DNA of 64,000 nt, taken from positions 141,012 through 205,011 of the forward strand of contig NZ_JAPNJZ010000012.1 of the NCBI RefSeq assembly GCF_026626765.1, given 5' to 3'. Positions within the stretch are counted from its first letter, which is position 1; each line of letters begins with the position of its first letter. This DNA comes from Corallococcus sp. bb12-1. GTDB lineage: Bacteria; Myxococcota; Myxococcia; Myxococcales; Myxococcaceae. The notes below the pieces were generated by a model. It ran no database searches. It saw nothing but the letters and a program-made list of their open reading frames with translations, and was not told where the DNA came from. Below are positions 1 to 10,089 of the stretch, one piece after another. The position numbers and the translations under genes are program-made.

Positions 1-1080
1 GACGTCATCAACGAGGCGCTGGGCCTGGGGCCCCTCGAAGCGTTCCTCGCGTCGGAAGAGATCAGCGAGATCATGGTGAACCACGCCAACCAGATCTACA
101 TCGAGAAGCGGGGCAAGCTGACGCTGTCGGAGAAGACCTTCTCCTCCAACCAGGCGGTGCTCGGCGTCATCGAGCGCATCGTGGCGCCCATCGGCCGGCG
201 CATCGACGAATCCAGCCCCCTGGTGGACGCGCGCCTCAAGGACGGCAGCCGCGTCAACGCCATCATCCCGCCGCTGGCCCTCAAGGGCCCCTGCATCACG
301 ATCCGCAAGTTCAAGAAGGACGCGCTGAAGATCCAGGATCTCATCAAGTACAAGACCGTCACCGCGCAGATGGCCGAGTTCCTGGAGATGTGCGTGACGG
401 CGCGTCGCAACATCGTCATCTCCGGCGGCACCGGCTCCGGCAAGACGACGACGCTGAACATCATCAGCTCGTTCATCCCGGAGGGCGAGCGCATCATCAC
501 GGTGGAGGACGCCGCGGAGCTGCAGCTCCCGCAGGACCACTGGGTGCAGTTGGAAAGCCGTCCGCCCAACCTGGAAGGCAAGGGCGCCATCACCATCCGC
601 GAGCTGGTGAAGAACTGCCTGCGCATGCGGCCCGACCGCATCGTCGTGGGTGAGTGCCGCTCCGGCGAGACGCTGGACATGCTCCAGGCGATGAACACCG
701 GCCACGACGGTTCGCTCACCACGCTGCACGCGAACACGCCGCGTGACGCCATCGCGCGGCTGGAGACGATGGTGCTCATGTCCGGCATGGAGCTGCCGGT
801 GAAGGCCATCCGCGAGCAGATCGCCAGCGCCGTGCACCTCATCGTGCAGCAGACGCGCTTCTCCGACGGGTCTCGCAAGATTTGCTACATCACGGAGGTG
901 TCCGGCATGGAGGTCGACATCGTGACCCTGCAGGACATCTTCTATTACAAGCAGGACGGCTTCACCGAAGACCACAAGGTGCGCGGGCGCTACGTGGCTT
1001 CGGGCTTCGTGCCGAAGTTCTATGACGAACTTCAGCGCAAGGGCCTTCCGGTGAACATGAGCATCTTCCGCGAGGACTGA
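1..1080 (+). CDS. CpaF/TadA-family secretion ATPase of a Tad/Flp-type pilus system (type II/IV secretion ATPase superfamily), 5'-truncated at the window edge
   Basis: The reading frame is open from nt 1. It carries a Walker A motif (GGTGSGKTTTLN), a Walker B/Asp box (RIVVGECR) and a His box (TGHDGSLTTLHANT), as in CpaF/VirB11-like ATPases. Stop codon at 1078-1080. Confidence 0.85.
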   Translation, partial: DVINEALGLGPLEAFLASEEISEIMVNHANQIYIEKRGKLTLSEKTFSSNQAVLGVIERIVAPIGRRIDESSPLVDARLKDGSRVNAIIPPLALKGPCITIRKFKKDALKIQDLIKYKTVTAQMAEFLEMCVTARRNIVISGGTGSGKTTTLNIISSFIPEGERIITVEDAAELQLPQDHWVQLESRPPNLEGKGAITIRELVKNCLRMRPDRIVVGECRSGETLDMLQAMNTGHDGSLTTLHANTPRDAIARLETMVLMSGMELPVKAIREQIASAVHLIVQQTRFSDGSRKICYITEVSGMEVDIVTLQDIFYYKQDGFTEDHKVRGRYVASGFVPKFYDELQRKGLPVNMSIFRED

Positions 1081-1087
1081 CGCGCCC

Positions 1088-3298
1088 ATGGCAATCCTGG
1101 TCGTCCGTCACCCTGACGGCACTGAGCACGAGCACGAAATCGCTGGCGAGCTGAAGATCGGCCGCCAGCAGGGCAATGACCTCGTCCTCACGGAAGGGGG
1201 CGTGTCGCGGCAGCACGCGCGCGTCTACGTGGAGGGCGGCACCGTCTACGTCGAGGATGGCGGCAGCCAGAACGGCACCTTCATCGACGGACAGCGCATC
1301 GACGGCCCCACGGCGTTGATGCCCGGCTCCCAGGTGTTGCTGGGCGACTACGAGCTGAAGCTCAAGGGCGGCGCGAAGCGCTCCAGCGGGCGCAAGGCCA
1401 CGGTGGACACCGCGGTGAACGAAGAGCCTCCGGCGCTCGCGGACGTGCCAGTGCGGGGCACGCGCGCGATGCCCAGCATCCGCGCCAAGGCCACGGCGAA
1501 CGGGGCGGCGAAGCCTCCTGGCTCGGCGCTGGCGAAGCGGCCCTCGCGGGCCATGAGCGCGCCCGCGACGCCAGGGTCGGGCCCGGTGCTCAAGGGGATG
1601 ACGGGGCCGTGGGCCGGCAAGTCCTACCCCCTCAGCGGAATGGTGCTGGTGGGCCGGGCGCCGCCGGCGGTGGTGATGCTCGACGACGACTCGGTGAGCC
1701 GCAAGCACGCGGAGGTCGAACGCGCGGGCAACGTCGTGCGGGCCCGCGACCTGGGCAGCGCCAACGGCACGCTGCTCAACGGCGAGCTGCTGGGGCAGGA
1801 GTTCGTCGACCTCCAGGCCGGTGACGTCCTCCAGTTCGGCGTGGTGGAGATGGCCTACGAGACGGCCGACATGCCCGCGCGGCGTCCGGGCGCGGGCATT
1901 CCGGCGCGGCGGGGCGGCCGGGGCGAACCCGAGGCAGCCAACGGCCGGCGCAACCTGCTGGTGGTCGCCGGTGGCGCGATGGCGCTCCTGGCGGTGGTGG
2001 CCGTCGTGAAGGTGTCCGGCATCACGACCGCTCCGAAGACGACGGCGGCCACCCAGACCGCGGCGTTGGATCCCGCGTCGGAGGTGCAGGAGCTGCTCAG
2101 CGAGTGTCGCTCCTACGCGTCCAACGAGATGGGGCAGCCGGACTGGAGCCGGGCCGAGGGTGCCTGTGAGAAGGCGCTCGACCAGGACCCCATCAACGCG
2201 GAGGCGAACACCCTCATCCGGCGCATCAAACTGGAGAAGGAGGCCTTCGAGAACTTCGAGTTCGCGAAGAAGTCCGTCGAGCTCAACCGCGAGAAGGAGG
2301 CCCTCGTCGCGCTGCGCAAGATTCCGAAGGAGAGCGAATACTTCCGCCGCGCCAAGGCGAAGGCGCGCGAGTCCGCGGACCGCTTCGTGTCGCGCGCGAA
2401 GGACGACTGCAAGCGCTACCTGGGCAACTCGCAGTGGAGCGCCGCGGTGCCTCGCTGCCAGGACTACATGGAAGTGTGGTGCCAGAAGCAGAACCGCGAG
2501 GACCTGTCGCCGCCGCTGGGACAGACGCTCCGCCTGGAGGGCGGCCTGCGCCGCAACGAGTGGCGCCCCAAGGACGCCATGTTCGTGAAGTTCCTGGTGG
2601 CCCGGAACAAGCTGGACCGCAATGCGGCGCCGTGGACGTGCCCGGTGTCGGACATCCTGGCGGCGGACGAGTCGGGGCCGGATCAGGCCAGCGAAGTGCG
2701 CGCCATGATGAACAGCCGCTACAGCGCGAAGCTGATGCAGGCGGCGATGATGGACTACTGGGCGGGCCGCGGCAGCGAAGCGCTGGCCACGTTGCAGAAG
2801 CTGCGCTCGAAGGTGGACTCGGCGCAGTACCACGCCCCGGCGGACGAGCTGATGCGGGACGTGTCCAACGTGGACCAGCTCTTCAAGACGGGCGAGAGCG
2901 CGCTTTCACGGGAGGATCCCGAGAAGGCGGTGGCGCCCTTCAAGGAGGCGCTGGCGACGGACAAGCGTCTGATGGGCGAGCTGGCGGAGACGCACCTGTC
3001 GTTCTACCGGAAGAACATCTTCCAGGACATGGCGCAGGCGGCGTTCCTTCGCGGCAAGCACTTCGCGGATCGCGAGGATCGGCGCCGCGGCTGCCGCATC
3101 TGGAAGCTGGGCTTCGACTTCTACAAGGGCAACACGGACCTGAACCGCACGGTGGCCTTCTGCTCGACGCTGGCGCAGCAGGTGCTGAACGATGCGTCCG
3201 GCTGTTCGGACCTGGGCGCCGCGGAGGACTACGCGGTGCCGGGTGACGGCATCGCGGAGCTGGTGGCGGCGAAGAAGCAGGAGCTGAAGTGCCGGTGA
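1088..3298 (+). CDS. FHA-domain protein with two FHA domains, one transmembrane helix and a TPR-like periplasmic domain
   Basis: Two FHA signatures are present (GRQQGNDLVL...SRQHARV and GRAPPAVVML...SRKHAEV...GSANGTLLNG). A hydrophobic segment (LLVVAGGAMALLAVVAVV) follows. The gene sits 8 nt downstream of the pilus ATPase gene. Confidence 0.8.
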   Translation: MAILVVRHPDGTEHEHEIAGELKIGRQQGNDLVLTEGGVSRQHARVYVEGGTVYVEDGGSQNGTFIDGQRIDGPTALMPGSQVLLGDYELKLKGGAKRSSGRKATVDTAVNEEPPALADVPVRGTRAMPSIRAKATANGAAKPPGSALAKRPSRAMSAPATPGSGPVLKGMTGPWAGKSYPLSGMVLVGRAPPAVVMLDDDSVSRKHAEVERAGNVVRARDLGSANGTLLNGELLGQEFVDLQAGDVLQFGVVEMAYETADMPARRPGAGIPARRGGRGEPEAANGRRNLLVVAGGAMALLAVVAVVKVSGITTAPKTTAATQTAALDPASEVQELLSECRSYASNEMGQPDWSRAEGACEKALDQDPINAEANTLIRRIKLEKEAFENFEFAKKSVELNREKEALVALRKIPKESEYFRRAKAKARESADRFVSRAKDDCKRYLGNSQWSAAVPRCQDYMEVWCQKQNREDLSPPLGQTLRLEGGLRRNEWRPKDAMFVKFLVARNKLDRNAAPWTCPVSDILAADESGPDQASEVRAMMNSRYSAKLMQAAMMDYWAGRGSEALATLQKLRSKVDSAQYHAPADELMRDVSNVDQLFKTGESALSREDPEKAVAPFKEALATDKRLMGELAETHLSFYRKNIFQDMAQAAFLRGKHFADREDRRRGCRIWKLGFDFYKGNTDLNRTVAFCSTLAQQVLNDASGCSDLGAAEDYAVPGDGIAELVAAKKQELKCR

Positions 3299-3342
3299 GG
3301 GGCTTCGTGGACAGAGGGCTGGAGCCGCGCTAGGGACGGGGG

Positions 3343-6045
3343 ATGGCCGACACCAGCCCCCCGCGCTCCGAGCGCCGCCTGGCCCTCTTCGACGCCTCTG
3401 GCTTCATCTTCCGCGCCTACCACGCCATCCCCCCGCTCACGACGAGCAAGGGGGTGCCCACCAACGCGGTGTTGGGCTTCACCCGCATGGTGCTCAAGGC
3501 CCTGCAGGATCTGAAGCCCACGCACGTGGCCCTGGCGTTCGACAAGTCGGGCCGCGTGGAGCGCCAGAAGATCGACCCGCAGTACAAGGCGAACCGCAAG
3601 GCGCCGCCGGAAGACCTGGTGCCGCAGTTCCCGCTCATCCGCAAGGTGGGCGACGTGCTCAACCTGGCCTCGCTGGACGCGGAGGGCTGGGAGGCGGACG
3701 ACGTCATCGGCACGCTGGCGATGCAGGCCAAGGCCGAGGGCTTCCAGGTCCTCATCGTCACCAGCGACAAGGACTTCATGCAGATCGTCGACGAGGACAT
3801 CACCCTCTTCGACCCCCAGAAGAACAAGCGCATGGGCATCGCGGACGTGCAGGAGAAGCTGGGCATCCTACCCCGGCAGGTGCGCGACTTCCTGGCCCTG
3901 GTGGGCGACGCGGTGGACAACGTCGCCAAGGTGCCCGGCGTGGGCGACAAGACGGCGGTGGAGCTGCTGCACCAGTTTGGCGACGTGGAGACGCTCCTGT
4001 CACGGCTGGAGGAAGTGAAGAAGCCGAAGATCCGCGCCGCGCTGGAGTCCCACCGCGAGAGCCTGGCGCGCGCCAAGCAACTGGTGACGTTCAACACCAC
4101 GCTGCCCCTGGGCGTGTCGATGGACGCGCTGGTGCGCAAGGCCCCGGACGGCACGCGTGCGAGGGATCTGTTCACGGAGCTGGAGTTCTTCGCCCTCTTG
4201 CGCGACCTGCCGGCGGAGGAGTCGCCGCGTCCGGACGTGGCGCCGCTCGTCGCCACCACCTCGCTGGTCACCACCGAGACGGAGCTCCAGACGCTGGTGG
4301 ACGCGGCGCGCGCGGCCGGGGCCATCACGCTCGTCCCCGCCTTCGAAGGCATGCCCTTCGCGGCGTCCCTCGTGGGCCTGGGCGTGGCGCTGCCGGATGG
4401 CACCACGCGCTATGTGCCCCTGCGGCACCAGCAACTGGGAGCCTCCCAGGTGCCGGTGCCCGCGTTCGTGGCGGGGGTGAAGGACCTGCTCGCGGATGCC
4501 GGGGTGAAGAAGGGCGGGCATGATCTCAAGGCGCTCACACTGGTGCTGGCCAACGAAGGCCTGACGCTGGAGGGCGCGCACGACGACGTGGAGCTCTTGA
4601 GCTACCTGCTCAACCCGTCGCGCCGCGAGCACGCGCTGGCGGACCTGGCGCGGGAGCGGCTGCGCTCGGAATTGCCCGCGCTGCCGGCGTCGGTGGAGGG
4701 CAAGAAGGGCAGGGCGCTGTCGGACCACGGGCCGGAGGAGGTGGCCGCGGCGTACGCGGTGCGCGCGGACGCGGCGCGACGGCTGGCGCCGGAGCTGTGG
4801 AAGGAGCTGGAGCTGGGCGGGCTCGCGGAGCTGGCGCGCACGCTGGAGCTGCCGCTCCTGCCCATCCTGGCTCGCATGGAGCGCGAGGGCGTCAAGCTGG
4901 ACGTGAACGAGCTGGGGCGCATCTCCGAGCGCGTGGACGTGGAGGTGAAGACGAAGGAGGCCGAGTGCCACGCGGCTGCGGGCCACGTCTTCAACCTGGG
5001 CTCCAACCCGCAGCTGGCGCAGGTGCTCTACGAAGAGCAGAAGCTGCCCATCTTGAAGCGCGGCAAGACGGGCCCCTCCACGGATCAGGAAGTGCTGGAG
5101 AAGCTGGCGGAGGAGCACGGCAGCGTGCTCGCGCGTGCGCTCATCGAGTACCGGGGCCTGTCGAAGCTCAAGAGCACGTACCTGGACACGCTGCCGTCGC
5201 TCGTCGCGAAGGACGGGCGCATCCACACGACGTACCACCAGGCGGCCACGGCCACGGGCCGGCTGTCGTCGTCCGACCCCAACCTCCAGAACATCCCCAT
5301 CCGCACCGAGGTGGGCCGGGAGATCCGCCGCGCCTTCGTGGCGGAGGCGGGCCACCAGTTGGTCAGCGCGGACTATTCGCAGGTGGAGCTGCGCCTGCTG
5401 GCCCACATCGCCGAGGACCCGGTGCTCATCCAGGCCTTCCTCGACGACGAGGACGTCCACAGCCGCACGGCGGCGGAGATCTTCGGCGTGGAGTCCAAGG
5501 ACGTGGACCGCGAGCAGCGCCGCGTGGCGAAGACGGTGAACTTCGGCATCGCGTACGGCCTGTCCGCGCACGGCCTGTCCACGCGCCTGGGCATCTCCCA
5601 GGAGCGCGCCCGCGACGTCATCGAGCGGTACTTCACCCGGTACGCGGGCATCCGCCAGTACCTGGAGGACACCGTGGAGAAGGCGCGCAAGGTGGGCTAC
5701 GTGGAGACGCTCTACGGCCGCCGCCGGCTGATGGGTGACCTGCTCTCCAAGAACCGGGGCGTGGCCCAGGCCGCCGAGCGCGCCGCCATCAACATGCCGA
5801 TTCAAGGCACCGCCGCGGACCTGATGAAGAAGGCGATGCTGGCGGTGGACGCGGCGCTGCGGCAGGAGAAGCTGAAGGCGCGCGTGCTGCTCCAGGTGCA
5901 CGACGAACTGCTCATCGAAACGCCAGACGCGGAAGTGGAGGCGGTGAAGGCGCTGGCCGTGCGGTGCATGGCCGCCGTCGCCGAACTGAAGGTGCCGCTC
6001 AAGGTGGACGTGGGCGCGGGCCGAAGTTGGGCGGACGCTCACTAG
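3343..6045 (+). CDS. polA: DNA polymerase I
   Basis: The 900-aa product has a 5'-3' exonuclease N-terminus. Motif A (DYSQVELR), the O-helix (RRVAKTVNFGIAYG) and motif C (QVHDELLIE) are all present. Confidence 0.95.
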   Translation: MADTSPPRSERRLALFDASGFIFRAYHAIPPLTTSKGVPTNAVLGFTRMVLKALQDLKPTHVALAFDKSGRVERQKIDPQYKANRKAPPEDLVPQFPLIRKVGDVLNLASLDAEGWEADDVIGTLAMQAKAEGFQVLIVTSDKDFMQIVDEDITLFDPQKNKRMGIADVQEKLGILPRQVRDFLALVGDAVDNVAKVPGVGDKTAVELLHQFGDVETLLSRLEEVKKPKIRAALESHRESLARAKQLVTFNTTLPLGVSMDALVRKAPDGTRARDLFTELEFFALLRDLPAEESPRPDVAPLVATTSLVTTETELQTLVDAARAAGAITLVPAFEGMPFAASLVGLGVALPDGTTRYVPLRHQQLGASQVPVPAFVAGVKDLLADAGVKKGGHDLKALTLVLANEGLTLEGAHDDVELLSYLLNPSRREHALADLARERLRSELPALPASVEGKKGRALSDHGPEEVAAAYAVRADAARRLAPELWKELELGGLAELARTLELPLLPILARMEREGVKLDVNELGRISERVDVEVKTKEAECHAAAGHVFNLGSNPQLAQVLYEEQKLPILKRGKTGPSTDQEVLEKLAEEHGSVLARALIEYRGLSKLKSTYLDTLPSLVAKDGRIHTTYHQAATATGRLSSSDPNLQNIPIRTEVGREIRRAFVAEAGHQLVSADYSQVELRLLAHIAEDPVLIQAFLDDEDVHSRTAAEIFGVESKDVDREQRRVAKTVNFGIAYGLSAHGLSTRLGISQERARDVIERYFTRYAGIRQYLEDTVEKARKVGYVETLYGRRRLMGDLLSKNRGVAQAAERAAINMPIQGTAADLMKKAMLAVDAALRQEKLKARVLLQVHDELLIETPDAEVEAVKALAVRCMAAVAELKVPLKVDVGAGRSWADAH

Positions 6046-6061
6046 TCCGCGGACAAAAAAA

Positions 6062-6150
6062 GAGCGGGAGAAGCGCCCACCCCCGTAGGCGCTCTCCCGC
6101 GTCTCCAAGAGAGCGGAAGAAGCGCCCACCCCCGTAGGCGCCCTCCCGCA
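6062..6150. repeat. Two tandem near-identical GC-rich hairpins (terminator-like or REP-like element) just downstream of polA
   Basis: GAGCGGGAGAAGCGCCCACCCCCGTAGGCGCTCTCCCGC occurs at 6062-6100 and again with two mismatches at 6110-6148. Each copy is an inverted repeat (GCGGGAGA..GCGCC / GGCGC..TCTCCCGC). Confidence 0.6.
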
Positions 6151-6442
6151 TCTTCTCGGTCCCCATTCCTCCCGACACGTCCCTAGACAACTCCCCCGAC
6201 AAAACATGCCGATCCGTCCGACCGGCGGAGCGCGCGGACCCCCATCCACGCGTTCCAGCGTTCGAACCTGTGCGCGCGCTCACCGCTCCCCCGAGCAGGA
6301 ACACGCTCCCCAAGGCGCGTCGCGGACCCCCATCCACGACAGCGCACCCTCCCGCCAGCCCCCGGACCCTCCCTTGTGGGGAGAAGCGTCAAGCCGGACG
6401 GATCGGCAAACCGTTGCTACAAAAGTCAGAGCCCTCTTCGGC

Positions 6443-7000
6443 TCAGTGCATCGCGGACCGCTCGTCGCGACGGCCCGCCGGGGCCCGGCGCGCGTGGGAC
6501 GGCCGCTCGAAGTACTCCACCACCAACCCGCCGAAGGGCACCCGAGGCCCATCCGCCTTCGGGTCCGCCAGCCGCTGCAGCAGCGCCACCGCGCTGTCCA
6601 CGGCCTCGTCCACCGCGCGGTGGATGCGCTGGCGCTCCGCGTCTCCGCCGCCCAGGACTTCCAGGGCGTCCACCAGACACCGCCGCAGCAGTGAGAACTC
6701 GTCGTGCAGGGCCCGCGCGCCACGCTCCGGCGCCAGACGCAGCACCGCGCGGGTGCGACTCCAGGGGCTCGACTCCGCGCCCTCCAGCGTCAGTCCCAGT
6801 TCGCGGACGAACGGCTCCACCAGTCCGTCCAGCAGGCTGGGGCCCGGAACGCCCTGGCCCTCGTGCGCCGCCAGCCGCATCCGGCGCCACAGCGCCGCGA
6901 TCCGCTCCGGCTGCCTGCTGAAGACCCGGGCCGCCCCCGCCTTCTTCCGTCCCCGCTCCGCCGCCATGTCCGTTGTCGTCCGCATCGCGAACAGAGACAT
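6443..7000 (-). CDS. Hypothetical protein
   Basis: 185-aa ORF with balanced composition, convergent with polA. The plus-strand ORFs overlapping it are Arg/Pro-rich junk. No family was recognised. Confidence 0.4.
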   Translation of the reverse strand: MSLFAMRTTTDMAAERGRKKAGAARVFSRQPERIAALWRRMRLAAHEGQGVPGPSLLDGLVEPFVRELGLTLEGAESSPWSRTRAVLRLAPERGARALHDEFSLLRRCLVDALEVLGGGDAERQRIHRAVDEAVDSAVALLQRLADPKADGPRVPFGGLVVEYFERPSHARRAPAGRRDERSAMH

Positions 7001-7169
7001 AGCAAGGGCTTTGCCAACGCCAGACGTGTGCCAGTGCCCAATGAATCCAGCTCTTTGGGCGATCCCCCTGCCCTGAAGGGTCGCCGGAAGGCGTAAATCC
7101 TACGGGGCCGGTGTTGAAAGCAGGGAGGCCAGGGGAAGTTCCTTCCCTACCTGGGCAGGAACGCGCCCG

Positions 7170-8468
7170 TCAGTGGAGCGTTGGCTTGGGCGGGCGGCCT
7201 GCCGGGTGCTCGGCATCCACCTCGTGCTCGCCGCTCTGCGACTCCGGTTCCTCGTCGCCTGGCTCCAGGGCCTCGGAGGCTTCGGGCCCTCCAGCGCCGG
7301 ACTCCAGGGCTTCCGGGGCTCCCTCCAGGGCTTCGGGTTGCGAGGGGGCGACCGGGCCCGGCACACCGGGTGTGGGGGTGGCGCCGGGCCACTCCGGCCA
7401 GGTGAGGGCGGAGGGCGACAGGGCTTCGGAGCCGTCCGGGGACAGCGGCCCGGCGGCGCGGGCCGCGGCGAGCAGGCGCAGCGCGGCGTCTTCCGCGGCG
7501 TCCTCGGCGGCCAGCTCCGTCATCCGCGCGGACTTCTGCCACATCCGGCGCGCGAAGGCGGCCACGCACAGGGCGGAGGCGGCCAGCCACAGGAGCGCGG
7601 AGCTGGTGGTGAGCGGCAGCCAGCCGTACCGGGCCGCGAGCCCCTCGCGCCAGTCCTGCTCCTCCAGGAGCAGCGAGGTGCGGAACGCCTTGCCGAAGGC
7701 CTGTTCGAAGGGCTCCCCCGCGCGCACGCCGTCCACCAGCAGGCCCATGGCCTGGGGCCCGTGCTTCCCGGTGAGGAAGGCCACGAAGGCGGCGCTCTGC
7801 GCGTAGGCAATCTCCACGTCCGAGGGCACATCAGGCCAGTCCTCGGACAGGTCCTCGAAGTGGAAGACGCGCTCCTGCGTCACGGCGCGGAAGAGGGCGG
7901 AGTAGTGGGCGACGGAGTAGCGCTCGTCGGTGAGGTTCTGCGCCACGCCCTCCTGGAACCAGCGCGGCCACTCCTTCGCCAATTGTCCCAGCGCCACGTG
8001 CGCCAGCTCGTGCCGCAGGGTGGTGGGGCCTTCCGTGTCGCTCAGGCTCAGCGCGTCCAGGAGGATGATTTGATGGCCGGGGTAGGCGAGCGCCACCGCC
8101 CAGCCCGGGGGCTTGCCGCCGGGGAGGGCCAGGGCCTCGAACTCCTGACGGCCGACACCCAGGCGGATTTCGGTGGTGCCCGGCCAGTCGCGCCCGAGCA
8201 TCGCGCCGAAGCCGTCACGCACGCCTTCAATCTGCTGGGCCAGCGCCCGGGCCGCGCCTGCCGCCTTCGCGGTGTGGACGATGATGAAGCGCTTCGTGCG
8301 CACCTCGCCGGTGGCCAGCTCCGGCCGGGCATGGGGCACGAGCGCGGCGTCGGTGATGACGGCCTCCTGGGCATGGATTCCGCGCGGCCCCTCCTCCTGC
8401 GCGAACACCCGGGGCGAGGCCAGCAGCATCATCAGGATTGCGAACAGGCGGAGCATGCGTGGCCTCAC
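7170..8468 (-). CDS. Secreted, membrane-anchored HExxH protein (peptidase MA-like, putative zinc metalloprotease) with a Pro/Glu-rich C-terminal tail
   Basis: Signal peptide (MLRLFAILMMLLASPRVFAQ). HExxH motif in TLRHELAHVALG, with a downstream Glu. A late transmembrane segment (LLWLAASALCVAAFA) is followed by a low-complexity PE-rich tail. Confidence 0.6.
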   Translation of the reverse strand: MRPRMLRLFAILMMLLASPRVFAQEEGPRGIHAQEAVITDAALVPHARPELATGEVRTKRFIIVHTAKAAGAARALAQQIEGVRDGFGAMLGRDWPGTTEIRLGVGRQEFEALALPGGKPPGWAVALAYPGHQIILLDALSLSDTEGPTTLRHELAHVALGQLAKEWPRWFQEGVAQNLTDERYSVAHYSALFRAVTQERVFHFEDLSEDWPDVPSDVEIAYAQSAAFVAFLTGKHGPQAMGLLVDGVRAGEPFEQAFGKAFRTSLLLEEQDWREGLAARYGWLPLTTSSALLWLAASALCVAAFARRMWQKSARMTELAAEDAAEDAALRLLAAARAAGPLSPDGSEALSPSALTWPEWPGATPTPGVPGPVAPSQPEALEGAPEALESGAGGPEASEALEPGDEEPESQSGEHEVDAEHPAGRPPKPTLH

Positions 8469-8764
8469 GGTCCACCAGAGATAACAGCCTCCACCGCCGC
8501 CGCATCAACCCCCTGCACCTTCAATCGCTTACGGCGCGACGTGTCACCGGCGGTGAGGGTCACCTGCCGCTTGGGCACACCCAGCTTCTTGGCGATGAAT
8601 TCCACCAGGGCGGCATTTGCTTCGCCATCCACCGGCGGGGCCGCGAGTTGAATCTTCAGCTGGCCATCGTGTTCGCCCACCACCTTCGTGCGGGACGCAC
8701 GGGGTTGGACGAGCACCGTCAGCTCCACGCCCTCCGGCACGGCTTTGAGCCAGGGGGCGGGCAT
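8465..8764 (-). CDS. DUF167 (YggU-like) protein
   Basis: 99 aa. Carries the DGEANAALVEFIAKKLGV core typical of DUF167. Its stop overlaps the stop of the upstream metalloprotease-like gene. Confidence 0.75.
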   Translation of the reverse strand: MPAPWLKAVPEGVELTVLVQPRASRTKVVGEHDGQLKIQLAAPPVDGEANAALVEFIAKKLGVPKRQVTLTAGDTSRRKRLKVQGVDAAAVEAVISGGP

Positions 8765-8770
8765 GGAGCG

Positions 8771-9298
8771 CTAGTCGTTGGACGTGGCCTTCTTCTGGGA
8801 CAGGAACGCGACGTTGTCTTCCACACGCGCGTAGTCGCGGTCCGCGAAGGAGGGCGCGGCGAAGGTCTCCAACAGCTTGCGGTGGGCCTCCACCACGGAG
8901 CGCACCTGGGATTCGAACTGGGTGCGCTGGCGCTTCAACTCGTTGATGTCTTCCACCACCTGCACCAGTCGCTGGTGGGCACCGTGGACGATCTTCTCCG
9001 CCTGGTGCTCCGCGTCCGCGATGATGATCTCCGCTTCCTTCTTCGCGGCGTCCTTCAGGTCCTCGCTGATGCGCTGCGCGGTGACCATCGTCTCCTGGAG
9101 GGTGCGCTCGCGCTCCTGATGTGTTTCCAGCTTGTGCTGCGTGCGCTTCAGCTCCTCCTTGAGCGCGATGTTCTCCTTCACCACCTCCTCGAACTCGCCG
9201 GCGATCAGCTCCAGGTACGCGCTCACTTCGGGACGCGCGAAGCCGCGCATCACCGTCTCGAAGCGCTTCTGCCGGATGTCGAGCGGGGTGATCTTCAT
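8771..9298 (-). CDS. DivIVA-domain cell-division/polarity protein
   Basis: The N-terminus (ITPLDIRQKRFETVMRGFARPEV) is the canonical DivIVA lipid-binding start. The rest is coiled-coil. Confidence 0.85.
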   Translation of the reverse strand: MKITPLDIRQKRFETVMRGFARPEVSAYLELIAGEFEEVVKENIALKEELKRTQHKLETHQERERTLQETMVTAQRISEDLKDAAKKEAEIIIADAEHQAEKIVHGAHQRLVQVVEDINELKRQRTQFESQVRSVVEAHRKLLETFAAPSFADRDYARVEDNVAFLSQKKATSND

Positions 9299-9385
9299 GC
9301 GCGCCAGTCTAACCCATACACGCGCGCACTCCAGGAATCGGCCCGGGCCCCCTCGGGGCAGGGCAGGCGGGCAGGCAGGCGTGTT

Positions 9386-9943
9386 TCAGGGCGCCGCGGC
9401 CCCGGGGGCGTCCCACTGCGCCGCCACGGAGCGCGCGGCGTTCTGCACCGCGTAGCCCACGCGGCTGTCGGCGGCCACGTCCTGCACGGAGCGGCGGGCG
9501 GTGGGGGTGCGCTGGTAGAGCAGTCCCCCCAGCGCCTGGATCTTCAGGGCATCCGGCAGGCGCGGGTGGCGCACGACGTTGCCGAGAATCTCCTCCGCCC
9601 GTCGGTGCTGGAAGAGCGCCACCGCGCGCAGCGCCGCCTGCTGGATGCGCGGGTTGGGATCCCAGATGAGCGCGGCCAGCGGGTCCAGGGCTCGGGCATC
9701 TCCCAACAGCGCCAGGTCATCGATGGCGAGCGTCCGGATCTCCTCCGGCGCGGGCTCCGCGGCCCACAGCAGGCCCCGGAGGAGGGCCGCGTCGGGGCTG
9801 CTCGCGTCCACGGTCGCAGGCCTGGAGGCCACGGCCTTCTCCGCCGCTGGCTTCTCCGAACCGGGTTTCAGGGGAGCCCGGGACGGTGCCTGGGCGTGCG
9901 CGACGGCGGTCAGCAGCAGGGCGGCGGCGAGGAGCGGACGCAT
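9386..9943 (-). CDS. Secreted HEAT/PBS-lyase-repeat protein
   Basis: Signal peptide (MRPLLAAALLLTAVAHA). HEAT-like repeats (DDLALLGDARALDPLAALIWDPNPRIQQAALRAVAL). Confidence 0.55.
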   Translation of the reverse strand: MRPLLAAALLLTAVAHAQAPSRAPLKPGSEKPAAEKAVASRPATVDASSPDAALLRGLLWAAEPAPEEIRTLAIDDLALLGDARALDPLAALIWDPNPRIQQAALRAVALFQHRRAEEILGNVVRHPRLPDALKIQALGGLLYQRTPTARRSVQDVAADSRVGYAVQNAARSVAAQWDAPGAAAP

Positions 9944-10089
9944 GCCCCGTGTTCTACCCGAATCCCGACATCCCGGCAGCGGGGCGGCGCACCCCCCTGG
10001 GTCGGTGACGACATTTTCTTGACGGGATCGTCGGACGTGGGAGGTTGTCGCTGCTACAGGCGTGTTGCGAAACGGAGAGCGAAGACATC

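Noticed and set aside
962-2833. 623-aa minus-strand ORF overlapping the pilus ATPase and FHA genes
   Set aside because: The translation is Arg/Ala/Gly/His-rich with no motifs. It is a GC-rich antisense shadow of well-supported plus-strand genes.
4000-6249. 749-aa minus-strand ORF antisense to polA
   Set aside because: polA is unambiguous on the plus strand. The minus ORF is a low-complexity Arg/Leu/His/Gln run typical of high-GC antisense frames.
6206-7100. Stack of overlapping 100-270-aa ORFs in all frames
   Set aside because: All are Pro/Arg/Ala-rich frames in a GC-rich stretch. Only the minus-strand 6443-7000 ORF has protein-like composition.
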